A DNA stretch of 64,000 nucleotides from Sphaerodactylus townsendi (lineage: Eukaryota). A model generated the notes under the pieces. It was given only the letters and a program-made list of their open reading frames with translations, had not been told where the DNA came from and made no database searches. The stretch lies in assembly GCF_021028975.2 (NCBI RefSeq), contig NC_059432.1:27466001-27530000 (forward strand). Reading direction: 5' to 3'. Shown here piece by piece: positions 50,494-63,252 of the stretch; within the stretch, counting starts at the first letter, position 1, and every line of letters begins with the position of its first letter. The position numbers were made by a program, and so were the translations under genes.

Positions 50494-51172
50494 GTCTATT
50501 GAAATGCCTGTTAAATTAAATGCAAATATCCCTATAGAACAGAAAAATGGGTGAAAGGCACTCTTTACATGGTTTCCCCATCCTTAGGTGCCATTGTGGT
50601 ATTTGAGCCTGGGGGGGGGGGGGGGGACAGATTTGGGTCCTTCCCACTTGTCACAGATTTAACTTGAATATTTATAGGCGATACTGGATCCTAAGTGGGC
50701 AACAGCCACCACAGTTGAGCCTCCTACAGGAACCCCAGACTGGCACAGCAAGTTCCTTGCCTTGCAGGGACAAAATGAATTAGAATGGCTTCTCAAAACA
50801 GTCTTATTAAGTATGATACAATCAGTGCTTCGAGTTACTGCCATCAACTGCAACCAAGCCACCGCGGGACACAGCCAATCAACACATTCCTTTCTGGTGC
50901 ACCACAGGTCTTGTTGCAATATGTTTATATCTTTTAATGAATACTGAATGCAACGTGCTGCCCAATATGTCTGCACAAACATACTCTGCTTAGTAGCTAT
51001 TTCACAAATATTCCGACCCTGCATTCTCTAAATTTTTTTCTTCATCTCCTGACGAACATTCGGGGAAGGGTATCTTTAAGTCATCCTAACTATTTTTCTG
51101 GACAAAATTCATTTCATGTGTTCCTTAAAAAACACACTCACATTCAATAACCTTAAATACACACTACGTTAC

Positions 51173-51252
51173 CTTTGTGAACAGCTTAGTAAGTTTTTCT
51201 TCACCACTGTACACTGTCCCTGAAACCTTGCCATCTTCCCAGTGTATTTCTC
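51173..51252 (-). CDS. SGPL1: SGPL1 exon 6
   Basis: tttcag|(G)EIHWEDGKVSGTVYSGEEKLTKLFTK|gtaacg; 80 nt; SGTVY motif. Confidence 0.94.
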
Positions 51253-52322
51253 CTGAAATAGGGAGACAAAAATTGGTTGGTATTCATCTTATTTAAAAAC
51301 GCTTTACTGATCAAAAACTGAAGTTTGCTGTTCACATTTTTTTTGCTTTGCAATGACTACAGAAGTTGGCATTCTGCCATCTTCAATCAGCAACACAAAT
51401 GCATCTTAATCAAAGCAACCAGTACCTTAAGCTTTCCCAAATCCTGTGTATGCATGCGCCAAATTTTGCCTAATAAGGCTTTTCTTTATTGGGCCAGTTA
51501 CACTACCAAGTTCAAATCTCTGAACCAGGGTTAAGTAAGCAATGCTTAACCCTGGTTGTTGCTTTTAGTCGTGAAAGGATTTTAATTTACTTAAAGTGTT
51601 TCCGTATGGCTGCTCAGCCCAAAAAAATCTGTTCAAAGCATATAAGCACTATTCTACTCCTCCCCCCACCCCTAATCTTTATTTCAGTTAAAGGTCTTTT
51701 AAGTGACCGCTGCAGTGAAGAAAAATGAGGACTCTGTGGCTTGGGCACTGAATTACTAGACTCCTGGAGCTCCTTGCTAAGGGAAAACGGACCTGTTGCC
51801 CAAAACCAGAACCAAAGTAATTCCCATTCTCCTAGCTTGGTACTGTGGAACCAAGCTAGCCAAGCTGTGGAGGCAGGACATGGGCAGAGAGAACCATGAG
51901 TGATCCTACGGCTAACTTCTCATTCTTTAACAGGAAGCATGTTTTTCATGAAAACTACATGCAAAAATAAATTTTTTCAAGTAACCAGAGTTGATCCCCA
52001 GGCATCCTGCAAGAAAATGTAAAAAGTATTCCTTGCATTATATGTTAAGCTGAGGTGCAAAACGCATAAACCAACAAGATTCCTGCATACCCAAGTAACT
52101 TGCTACATTCCTCCATTATCATGAGACTACAGCAAGGCTTTCTTCGTCTATCACAACCAAAACCTTTTTCTCTTTAAAATCAAAGAAAAACTATTTAGAA
52201 ACAATGGCAGATGTCAAAAAATGTTAGTTACATAACGCCAGTTCTTTCCCCACAGAGGTAAACAGGACTCATGAGACTGACTATTGAACACATTTATGCT
52301 GTCAGCACACTTTCAGACATAC

Positions 52323-52470
52323 CCATTGAACTGTAATCTTTCATCTTCTGTAACACTTCTGATTGGCTCAGGCCTTTGGCAGGCAGCTCCTTGACATAAG
52401 ACTTTGCACTTTTCAGAAAAGACAAACAGGAAATCACTTCATCCACAGTCTTGTTAAAACGGTTCTGTAT
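52323..52470 (-). CDS. SGPL1: SGPL1 exon 5
   Basis: ctgtag|IQNRFNKTVDEVISCLSFLKSAKSYVKELPAKGLSQSEVLQKMKDYSSM|gtatgt; 148 nt. Confidence 0.92.
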
Positions 52471-53038
52471 CTACAGGAAGGGAAAAGTACAAAACATACA
52501 GGGTTAATATTTTACATGCTAAAGATCTATTCAGTTGCAGAGTCCTTGCAATAGCAGCTTAAAATTGAACACTTATCACTAGCATCCTATTGGAACTCTT
52601 GAAAGTGTTCTGTGTTTTAAATAATCCTTTAATATCCTGACGGTGGTTGAAATTTGGGATTCCTGAGAGTAGCCATATAATTGATTTTTCTCTTCTGCAC
52701 TCTCATGTGCTTTTTAAAGTGCAGGTCTTCAATTATGTGATAAAGACCCAGGAACTAGTAGTGAGTCCTCTCCACTGTAACATATCAAAGGTGACAACTT
52801 GAAGTTTGACACAGTATTAGACTTGAAGCCACATCACCCCAGTTCTAATCCCCACTGGTCATGAAACTTGCTGGGATTTATGCCAATAAAGGCGTGATTG
52901 ATTGAAACTTACTCGGAGACTCAAGACAGTCATTTGCTCTCGCAAGAGGTTAGCAACTTGTGGCTTAGGAGTCAATTTGGCACAGTATCGAGCCAAAGAC
53001 AGATCTATGAGGACATGGAGAAGGAATGAATCTCCTGA

Positions 53039-53279
53039 AAGCCAGTGCAGTTTAGTGATTAAGAGCAGCAGACTCAAATCTGGAGAATCACGATTGATTC
53101 CCTTCTCCTCCACATGAAGCCTCCTGGGTGACCCTAGGCCAATCACAGTTCTTTCGGAACTCTTTCAGCCCCACCTACGTCACAAGGTGCTTGTGGTTGA
53201 AAGGAGAAGGGAAGGCAATTGTAAGCAATTTTGAGTCTTACTGGTAGACAAAAAGGATATAAAAACCAACTCTTCTTCT
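53039..53279 (+). mobile_element. Squam3-type SINE (older)
   Basis: Degenerate head and body, with (TTC) tail. Confidence 0.75.
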
Positions 53280-53569
53280 AGAAAGCACAAAATAGGCAAA
53301 GAAATAGAGGCAGAAGTCTGACAAACCAGGGAGGTTTGAAAGAAAGAAAGGAGGGGGGTGCCCCAGCTAGCAATCAAGACTGCAGTCCTTTCCAGAGTTA
53401 TATTTTTCTAAGTTCACTGAAGTCTACAAGCTTAGAAGGATGAAATTATGCTTATGATGGCCCTGTAGGGCTCTTTCAGCCTAATCCTTTACATGTTTAC
53501 TCAAAGCAAATCACGCTCAATTCACACTGAATATCCACATTTGTGAGTAATTAAAATGCTCTGTTACAA

Positions 53570-53748
53570 TGGGTAGCCATGTCGGTTGCAGTAGAACAGC
53601 ACGAGTCAAGTCCAGTAAGTCCAGTAGCATCTTAGGGACCAACAAGATTTTCAGGGTGTCAGATTTCCTGAGTTAAAGCTCCCTTCATCAGAAGGCAGCT
53701 TTGATCCTCAAAAGTTTATCCCCCCCAAAATCTTGTTGGCTTCAGGCA
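53570..53748. mobile_element. Penelope-type inverted pLTR relic with degenerate hammerhead core
   Basis: Inverted arms ccaacaagatttt...aaaatcttgttgg; minus strand has CTGATGA...GAAA at 53663-53691. Confidence 0.55.
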
Positions 53749-54701
53749 GCCCAATTCAGACTGGGCTGGCAGGCAGGGCGGCCACTGCTCTGCCCCCTCC
53801 ATAGGGCTTTCCCACAGCTCCTACCTGAAAATATCCCATGGGGTAAGCACCATTTTCTGTGGTGTATCTCCAAGGCTGGGCCTGCTAGTGTAAGGAGGCT
53901 AAAACAAGCAATAGAAGCCGACTAAGGTTGTCTGCGCCCCCAGGAATGCCTCTGTCACGCCAGAGCAGTTCAAGGCACCATGTGTGCATCAACAGAGAGC
54001 TGGGCACTGCAACTGGGCGTCCCAGGTCTCCCACTGGCATGGCGGGGGCGCAGGGCACATACGTGCCCCAGGTGCAATTCTCCCTCACTACAGCTCTGGA
54101 TAAGTGTCCTGGGGAAGGCAAATCCACCGGTGTAAGCCTGTGCCTCCTCCAAAGGGGAATTTGGTAGTTACGGGACCTTGAGTTTCTAGAAGGATCTTGA
54201 TGAAGTTGCCAAATCTACTGTAGTTGACTCTGTTTAATTCCCTTTTATAATGTTACCCTTAACCTCCTAGGTTTCCATTTCAGTTCTGAGTTGGGTTTCA
54301 ATGCTGTCTAACAAAATCTACTGATTACACCAAAATAATTAAAAATACTATTTTGCTACTTTGTACCCAGTGATAAATATGGCAGTTACCAAGTCATCTT
54401 GCATATATTTATGCAAGACTACAACCTTTTACTTTTACATAGTGGCGATTCTTTGCATCATTCTTCAGACATGGCTGTAGGTGCCTTGTTTTTTATCCTT
54501 TCCTTTTTCATCTTCTGCAAGACTATGGAATGTTCTCAATTACTACCAGAGAGAACATGTTGGGTCCCCTTGGTTTTTAACGAAAAGACTGTTATTATGT
54601 AGGAAGGCTTTTTGAAGACAACTGCTGGGAAAAAGAAAATAACTGGCCACTTATCTTATTTTTTAAACTCTCATTTTGTGTCAACATACAAGGCTCTAGC
54701 A

Positions 54702-54870
54702 CAGTGGTTTTCAACCTTCCAATGCCACGACCCTTAAATACAGTTCCTCATGTTGTGGTGACCCCCAACCCTAACATTTATCATTTTACAGATGGAGAAC
54801 ACTGATGCAGAGAGTCATAGGCGACCCCTGTGAAAGGGTCATTTGACCCCCAAAGGGGTCGCAACCCACA
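54702..54870 (-). mobile_element. SPIN-like hAT MITE (one end lost) in SGPL1 intron 4
   Basis: Close reverse complement of 22867-23052. Confidence 0.85.
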
Positions 54871-54973
54871 TTTTTATTCACTTTGATGTTTTGAGCACTA
54901 AAAGAACTGAAACAAACAATTATAAGAAATTTCCCTGCAATAGAATTAACTAGGTAGCTATGTCAATACTTAC

Positions 54974-55041
54974 CATAGGACCTATGAATGGAGTATTTCG
55001 TATTACTCTGAAGAACCATATTTTAGCTCGCGACTTTAAAC
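54974..55041 (-). CDS. SGPL1: SGPL1 exon 4
   Basis: ttctag|(S)LKSRAKIWFFRVIRNTPFIGPM|gtaagt; 68 nt, phases fit both neighbours. Confidence 0.88.
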
Positions 55042-56295
55042 CTAGAAAGTATAAAAGAGAGTCATGCAGTTCCATGCCTTCCAAAGACATTCCAATGAGC
55101 AGAATTTGAGCTCTTCCTCTGAACACCTTTCCCCCAACACACTCATCTCTCCCAATAGTGGTAAAAGCTATTTTTAAGGTATTGTGTGAACAAGGTATGG
55201 TTTAGATGTAATTATGTTATGGGATTTCAATTGAGTCTGCAAACCTTTTGGAGACAGAGGAGGGGCTGGTAACAATGGGTGGAATAAAGAGCAGGGAAAA
55301 CTTCCTAATTCTTTTTTTAAATTAATAAACAATTTTGATTTAATTAATGTTTGGAGACATATTAATGGGGAAAGGAAAGACTTCACTTTTTTTTCCACAA
55401 AGACATCAATCATAGTCCAGGATAGATGCTATATGGATTTCATCTAACTTTGCTAAAGATATATATAAAGGAGAAATAAAAGTAAATGTTATGACAGATC
55501 ATAAACCGGAATAGGTGATATTAAGAAATGGGAAAAGAATGACAGAATTCAACTGGAAATCAAAAAACTCCTTATTACTAGAGGAAGAACTGATACCAAA
55601 AATAAAATGTCAGAATTTTTTGAGTTAAACAACAATGGAGAAACTGATTGGAGAATTATATGGGATACTTTTAAAGCCTTTCTTAGAGGGATACTGATGG
55701 AAGTCAAGAATAGAAAGAAGAAACAAAAGAACTCTAGGTATGAAATGCTTACAACGCAATTAAAAATTATAGAGAAAAAATTATAGGGAAAGAGTTAATA
55801 ATGAAAAATTGGAGAACATTAATACAACAACTGGATTTAATGAGATCTGAAGAAATTAGTCAACAAATATTGCTAATCAAACAACATAATTTTGAATTTT
55901 TTTATATCTGATATTTTCTGGTCTTTGACCGAAATAAAATATTGATTGATTGAATTTGGAAACAAAGCTAGTAAATGGCTGGCATGGAAAAATTTTTAAA
56001 AAGACAAGAAAATTCGATTTTGAAAATTATAACGCAAGATAAAATGATAATAGATCAAGGAAAAATTAAAGAGGAATTTACTAAATTTTTCCAAAAATGG
56101 TATCTAGCTCCAGAGAATGACCTGGAAGCAATTAAGAAATTTTTGGATAATGCAAAGGTATTCTACAATCTTGGACTCAAGCTAATATATTTTTAATCCC
56201 TAAAGAAGGAAAAGATAAAACAGTAATATTGAATAATTGTATTACGGCCACAAGGCCAGCAAAAAGAAAACAAAAGCATATTCAAATTGCACATA

Positions 56296-56547
56296 CCCTG
56301 TTTCCCCAAAAATAAGACAACCCCTGAGAATAAGACGTAGTAGAGGTTTTGCTGAAGTGCTAAATATAAAGCATCCCCCGAAAGTAAGACGTAGCAAAGT
56401 TTTTGTTTGGAAGAATGCCCATCAAACAGAACACCAGAGCATGCAGTTGTGGAGCGGAAAAAAAGACATCCCCTGAAAATAAGACATAGCGCATCTTTGG
56501 GAGCAAAAATTAATAAAAGACACTGTCTTATTTTCAGGGAAACACAG
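56296..56547. mobile_element. Tigger/pogo-type MITE nested in L1
   Basis: TIR CCCTGTTTCCCCAAAAATAAGACA / TGTCTTATTTTCAGGGAAACACAG; TA TSD. Confidence 0.8.
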
Positions 56548-56599
56548 TATGTACAAAAATCCATAATGTAATACCCATTACCCAAAAGAAGCATCAACT

Positions 56600-56912
56600 T
56601 ACAACATTATTACAGGTTTTTTTGTTCTCTGTTTTCTCTGTTTTCTGTTCTCTGTTTGTTTTAATTATGTGGCCCATTTTAGTGGGGACCTTTTTGGTTT
56701 CCCCGGGGGGGGGGGGTCGGTTTTAGTTCTCGGATGCTGGCTGTATTGCTGTTACTGCTTTTAATAAGGAGACAGGGCTTGTATTATATTTGTACTGGCT
56801 TTAACCTTCCCCTGTCCGTATATGTTTATTTGTACACCGCTCTGAGCCCTCTGGGGGAGGGCGGTATAAAAATCTAATAATAAATAAATAAATATAAATA
56901 AATAAATAAATA
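56600..56912 (+). mobile_element. LINE (L2-like) 3' tail nested in L1
   Basis: TGTACACCGCTCTGAGCCC...GGGCGGTATAAA followed by (TAAA)n. Confidence 0.55.
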
Positions 56913-58728
56913 TAATCCACTTTGATCAAGCTGGATTCCTCCCCAATAGATTTATTAAAGATAATGTGATAGTAAATATATTGGAACTGATGGAACAAAA
57001 ACCAGATAAGCCATTAGCGTTATTCTTTTTTGATATGCATGAAGCATTTGATCAGTTGAAATGGAACTTTATGTTGGAAATCATCCATAGGAGAGATTTG
57101 GGAGAAAGATTTCTTGGTTAGGATAATCAAATATATAAAACACGAGAAGCTAAATTAATAATAAATGAAGAATTTTCTAACAAAATCTATATAAACAGGG
57201 GCACCAGACAAGGCTGCCCCCTTTTTCCGCTTTTGTTTATTCTTTCTTTAGGAATAATAATTATATTAGAGGAATTAAAGAAGAAGATTATAAGGTTGGA
57301 GCATATGCTGATGACGTAGTCATAATACTTGAAAATCCATCTGACTTCCTTTCACATCTTAAAAATTTATTAATTTTGGAAGTATATCAGGTTTAGATCT
57401 TAATAAAGATAAATCATGTTTTCTAGTAAAATATGGATAATGAAACTAAAAAACAAATTGCAAATGAAATGGGTTGTCAAATTGCTACAAAGGTAAAATA
57501 TTTGGGAATATATTTATCTTCATCTAATTTAGTGTTATACAAAAATAATTATGAAAAATTAGAATTAGAAATATATGGATTATTAGAAAAATGGGAAAAA
57601 ATCTTTCTCTACTAGTAAAGATTGCAGCAATCAAAATGACTATACCTCCTAAATTTTTATTTTTTTTTCAATGCATTCCAATGGTGAAACAAGAAAGATT
57701 GTTTAAAAATGGCAAACAATGAACAGGGAACAGAACCAATTAAAGATTATATGATTAAATGGGCAAAAGATATTGGTTGTAATATTATGTTGGAAGATTG
57801 GGAAAAGCTATGGAAATCTACTTCAAAATTTACTAGTAATTATATAAAGGAAAATTATATGAAAATGTGATTCAGATGGTATATGACTCCTGTAAGATAA
57901 GCCACAATGAAAAAAAATCAAATAAATGTTGGAAATGTGGTAAAAGATGTGGACCATTTAAACATCAATGGTGAAATTGTGAAAAGGCAAAAAAATTGGC
58001 ATAAGATTAACGATGATGTTAAGAACATTTTGAAAATTAAGGTTACTTGTTTACCAGAAAATTATTTATAAGGTATGGTTAACAAAATTAGGAAAGAGAA
58101 GATAATATTATTTCAATATATGGCTTCTGCAGCTGGAATAGTTTGGGCAAGATACTGGAAAGTGGAGAATTGCCCTACAGTTAAAGAATGGCAAATTAAA
58201 GTAATGGAACTAGCAAGTTTAGCAACAATTGCTTCTATAACACAATATAAAATAGATTCTGACTACCAAACTGAACAGAACGCATAGACAGAATATATCC
58301 AACAATAATGGAAAAATACAGCAGAAGTATGTAGAACTTTTTATTGGGGTTTTTTCTTCTTTTCTCATTGATATTTATATTGATGGATGTTGAGTACTAG
58401 TTTTGTATACGTTACTTGTTTTGTAAATATACTGTTATGCAATAAAAAAAACTATAAAAGAAAAGAAAATAGAAATTTTTTCAGCTTGTTATGCGTTAAG
58501 TTTCCAGGAGCGGTCAGTATTCCTGTAGTGTTTCTTAAGAACCTTGAGTCCCTATAATTGTAATACTGATGAAGATTAACTTTAATGACAACTTTACTGG
58601 ACTCCTGTATTTTGACTTTGATTCAACACTTATCTTCATACATCAAATCTAAATCAACGTACATGTTTTAGGCATGGATTGTTTAGTTGTAAATTTTATA
58701 AAACTGTGATTCAACAGTCTATCGCCTA

Positions 58729-58818
58729 CAAATCAAGTGGTTGTAAATAAACAAATCAAGTGGTTGTAAATAAATCAAGTAAATAAATCAAGTAAATAAA
58801 TCAAGTAAATAAATCAAA
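58729..58818. repeat. Minisatellite of TAAATAAATCAAG units
   Basis: Direct reading; longer GTGGTT-containing units degrade into 13-mers. Confidence 0.85.
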
Positions 58819-59415
58819 TGACTTTTATGGACAAGAAACCACATACAAGTTGCATAATCTGAGGAACTGTATGTCACCACTTTAAGAGAGGTGTATAATT
58901 ACTATAGCCCACACACAGTAGTATTCTCTTGTATGCTTTTGTTAGAGGGATGAGGAAGTCACTAAGACAATGACTTTAAGCTATCCCCCAGTCCAAAAGT
59001 CCTTTTACACACTCCACACATTTTATTAAATGACACAGAAAACAGCTCACAGTTCTTCCTCACAAGTTCCTTAACTATTCAGCTGCACGATTAGTCGCAC
59101 ATCCTATCCATGTAATCTTAATTATTAAAGAGCCAGTTTTTAATAAGGGCAACACATCTCTTCATTCTACAAAGAAAGCTAAATCTTTATACAAAAAAAC
59201 CCTAGAAAACTAGTCATCTAAGCTCCTAAAAATCTGATGCTGACAACAATGCAAAGCAATCTCCAGTTCTCAAAACATCCACAAGTACGGTTCAGGAAAC
59301 TGCTAGCTGTGCACAAAAAGCATAGCATATGCAGGACAAATCAGTACTTTGGCCATGTCAATCTTTTCCAGAAGGTCTATTTTCTGCATTTCTGGTATTA
59401 TATTGAAGCTCTGAA

Positions 59416-59692
59416 CCGGGGGACCCCAACACGGTGCTCCCGGGTACAACGGTTCTCATTGGTGTCAAGGTGCCCACTACATGTCAGGGTATCTGCCAGG
59501 TGTGTTTAGAAAGTAGGTGGGGTCAGGAGCTTTTTTCCAGCAAGGCTTCTGATTAGTCACTAGAGATCTGACAGCACCTGCCACCACAACACAAGGATCT
59601 TTAATTTGTGTCCCAAGGTAAGCCACAGCAATCACCACTCTGAGCCAGAATTCCAAAGGCGCCTGCAGCCTCAAAAAGGTTGGGGGTCCCTG
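59416..59692. mobile_element. Old hAT MITE
   Basis: Ends CCGGGGGACCCCAAC / GGTTGGGGGTCCCTG. Confidence 0.55.
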
Positions 59693-60517
59693 TTTTAAAG
59701 TATGGTGAGGAATCCTTAACCTCTATTGCCAGACGAACAGTTACACACCTGGCTGAAACAATTACAAGAAGGCACCAAAGCTTTTCAAATTCTATCCTGC
59801 AAGTGTAGTTAGAGCATACCAATGGCAACATAAATGCAGTTTAAAAGGTCATTTCCAGACTAAAAGACTGGGAATAGGCTCAGAATGCATTTGGAAAAGT
59901 GCAACAAAGGGACAGGCTATATTAAGATTTTTTAAAAAACCACAGAATTGTTGGGTTTACAAGGTTCCCACACAAACCTGATTTCAAAATGTTTATCTTA
60001 AAGTACAAAGTCCCTTCTAACTCCACAGTCATGCATGCACTGCTATAACTATCTAAAAAGGCCATGCCCTACTGCACTCGGCATGTTCAGTACTAACAAC
60101 AAGGCTAGAAATAACCTTGACAAGAAGGGGTGCAACTAAGGCGAGTGATATGTGTGAACTGACTAGCCTTATTCTACAACATGCACCAAGAATCTGAGCC
60201 AGCTGTTGCAAGATCAAAATATAGTTTTGAAAAGGAACTACGGTGAAATAAAACACATTTAATTCAGTACTTTTCTGATTAGCTGCACGTTTCCTTTTCC
60301 AAGCAACTCTTTGCAATTACAAGGGCTAGCTGCACTTTGAAGCAAAAACTAGCATTACATTGTACTGCAGTATGAACTATTGCTGCCCTGTTATCTCAAA
60401 GGACTTTGGCACCAGATTTCAAACCACTGTTTATACCACTGATTAAAGTGCACAACACACTCAAAAGCATTTTAAAGTCAACTCTTTCTTCTCATTAGAC
60501 ATAAAAAAAATACTTAC

Positions 60518-60683
60518 TGCCTGGTTCGGAAATGAATGCATATAGCCATACCACCAGAAGGGTTGCAGCAACCGTTGATGCTATGACTTGCCATGGTTCA
60601 ATCTCAGCGAATGTTACATTTACAAGAGTTCTTGCTTTGTTTAAATAGTGCAGGAAGATTTCCTTGTATGTAATCAGAGTGTC
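60518..60683 (-). CDS. SGPL1: SGPL1 exon 3 (luminal segment and transmembrane helix)
   Basis: ttctag|DTLITYKEIFLHYLNKARTLVNVTFAEIEPWQVIASTVAATLLVVWLYAFISEPG|gtaagt; 166 nt; EPWQ followed by a hydrophobic helix. Confidence 0.9.
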
Positions 60684-61489
60684 CTAGAAGAGAAAACAGA
60701 AAAACAGTCACACAGAGAGTCAGGTCAAGTTAGAACTGACTATTGTTGGCTTCACGTTAGGCATATTCGACCTTTCCATGTATGCATCCCAAAGATTTTT
60801 CACAGCGGTAATTATATTTTCCTTTGTGTTTTATTTGTTTTAAGCACAGGATTTAACTTTGTGGAATAAGCTTATATTTGAGCCTTTAAGTATATTTGAC
60901 CCTTTAAGTAGCACTGCTACTTATATTTGACCCTTTAAGTAGCACTGCTCAGAGAATAGCAGAGCACACAATCGACGCATTCAAATTCTCGATAAGGAAT
61001 AACTGCACATTCTGCAAAGAGTGGCTTGCAAACCGGGAGCGGCCCTGGATCATCTATTGCTTCACTTGCGCTCTTCATCCCAACAAAAAGAAAGGGGGGG
61101 GGGGGGAGAGAGAGAAAGAAAGCCAGAAAGAAATCTGCTCCCTTTCCTTGATGACCTGACCTTAAATATGGTTTAGCATTAGACTTGCCCTAAGGGTTAT
61201 CTTTAACCAATGTGCCCATCCTAACCAGACTTGGAAATCAGGGACTGAGGCAGTGATGTATTTGCAAACCCTAATTAGTATTGACCTCAATTCACAGAAG
61301 GCACAGATGTACGTTAAACTATGGTTAAAGAGAAGGAATGAAGGGAGGAACATATTTTCTTGGTGTCTGCTCCTCACTTGCCATCCATAGTTTAAAGGGA
61401 GCCAGCGTCAATATCTTTATCAGATCAATGGTTCATTTTCATCTTCAAAGTAGTACATGTATTTTCCAGTTGTACGCCTGCTTATGCCT

Positions 61490-61688
61490 TCATTTGCTTC
61501 ATGGGCCTTTCTTTCCAATGGGACTCAGAGTAGCTCCTCAACTCTGTTTTATCCTCACAACAACTCTGGGAAGTAAAGTACGCCACAAGTTTGTGACCGA
61601 CCCAAGGCCACCCAGGGAGCTTCCATGGTAGAGCAGGGATTCAAACCTGAATCCTGGTCTGATACTGTAACCACTACACACCACAGGG
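61490..61688 (-). mobile_element. Older tRNA-derived SINE
   Basis: Minus strand shows TGTGGTGTGTAGTGGTT head and GGTTTGAATCCC B box. Confidence 0.6.
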
Positions 61689-61938
61689 CAGGGAATCTTT
61701 AAAGAAATCTCACAGATATTCAGCTTGGGTTTTCTTAGGGTTTTCGAGGTAAGAGGTGATCAGAAATGGTTTACAACTGCCTTCTTCTGTGCAGTACTGA
61801 CCAGGGTTAGCTGAAGTGACACTACTATTCTCTGTGAAAGTTCCTCTGCTAGTATCACCTTCCACTACTACTGCTGCCCAGTATCTACCCCTTCAGAATT
61901 CCTCCATTCCTATCATCACTGGCACTGTCCGTTGTCTA

Positions 61939-62243
61939 GGAGCAGTAGTGGCGTAGCGGTTAAGAGCAGGTGTACTCTAATCAGGAGGAACCAGGATTGA
62001 TTCCTCGCTCTGCCGCTTGAGCTGTGGAGGCTTATATGGGGAATTCAGATTGGCCTGTGCACCCCAACACACCCCAGCTGGGTGACCTTGGGGTAGTCAC
62101 AATTCTTCTGAGCTTTCTCAGCCCCACCTATCTCACAGGGTGTTTGTTGGGGGGGGGGGCAGGGCGGGGAAGGGAAAGGAGATTGTCAGCCCCTTTGAGT
62201 CTCTTTACAGGAGAGAGAGGGGGGATATAAATCCAACTCTTCT
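61939..62243 (+). mobile_element. Squam3-type SINE
   Basis: GTGGCGTAGCGGTTAAGAGCAGGTGTACTCTAATC...GGATATAAATCCAAC. Confidence 0.82.
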
Positions 62244-63252
62244 GCTGCTGCCCCCATTGATCTCTGAAGAGAGCGGACACATCTTGGTCTGGTGTCTCAG
62301 CTGTGACCATTTCTCCTTGAGTGATTCTGCTAGGAGTTTTGCCTCTTAACAGAGTCTAAAATCCTTACAAGCTTCACTGACACACAGAAATCCCCTCAGC
62401 ATGTTAAGGCATGCATCCAAGAGGGAGAAACAGAGGAAGATACCATGATTTTAAAGATTTAGGCAGAAAGCTATTGAAGAGGCTATTTCTCGACGAAGAG
62501 AATACAATTTGCAACTTAAAGGTCTAGTGTAAAATAATTAGATTTGGACTCTACGTAAGAAGAAGTAGTCTCTCAGCTAGAAAGAATGACTACTTACTAA
62601 ACTATAATCCTAAAAATTTACTGGGAACTATGGTTAGACTCCAAAAAGCGGAGAAATGCAGAAACTGGATGGACAGAAACAGGAAGTAGTTCTTAATGGA
62701 AGCTTCCTGGGAGAATTACAAGTCCACCGTCATAACAAGGCAAGGGTTACATGATGTGAGGGGCCACTTCGAATGAGAATAGATCTTCATTCCTTGATGG
62801 CAAGTTTGAATCTCTACAACAAAGCAGAAGCACAAAGTTGTGCCAGCAAATACTGTAACAGGAGAAAGTGCACATAAAAGTCAAGCAAGTCAAAACATTT
62901 GGAGTTCTGTGACTGGACCATCCCACTATTGTTCAAAACTTAAATTACAGCTGTATGCAGTCCAGTTTGAACCACGGTTTAAGGGGAAGAGAGAGGGAAG
63001 TGAACCCATCCACTTCTACGTGGTTTCTCTTATCAATACTGTGTCCTCACTATTAACCCTTAAAGGTGAAAAAGACAGACATCCAACATCAGTCACTTTT
63101 TCGTTTCAATGAAATAGCAGCCAGAAGAGTGCATTTTCAATAGACAAAACTATGGTGGGTTTAGTATAAAATCTCTTTCCCTTTCTCATGTGTTTCTGAT
63201 CCATCCATTGTGCAAATCCTGAGAACATCTTCTTAAGAGTAAGCCCCACTAG

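Larger units (their letters stand above)
55190..58470 (+). mobile_element. Decayed L1/Tx1-clade LINE ORF2 with A-rich tail in SGPL1 intron 3
   Basis: Endonuclease end FTFFS..SRID; GTRQGCP (57200); YADD (57304); KYLGI; CWKC..H..W.C knuckle; AATAAA plus A tail; many stops and frameshifts. Confidence 0.88.

Noticed and set aside
60945-61060. Intronic C/D snoRNA on the minus strand
   Set aside because: CTGA is present, but there is no proper RTGATGA box C and no terminal stem
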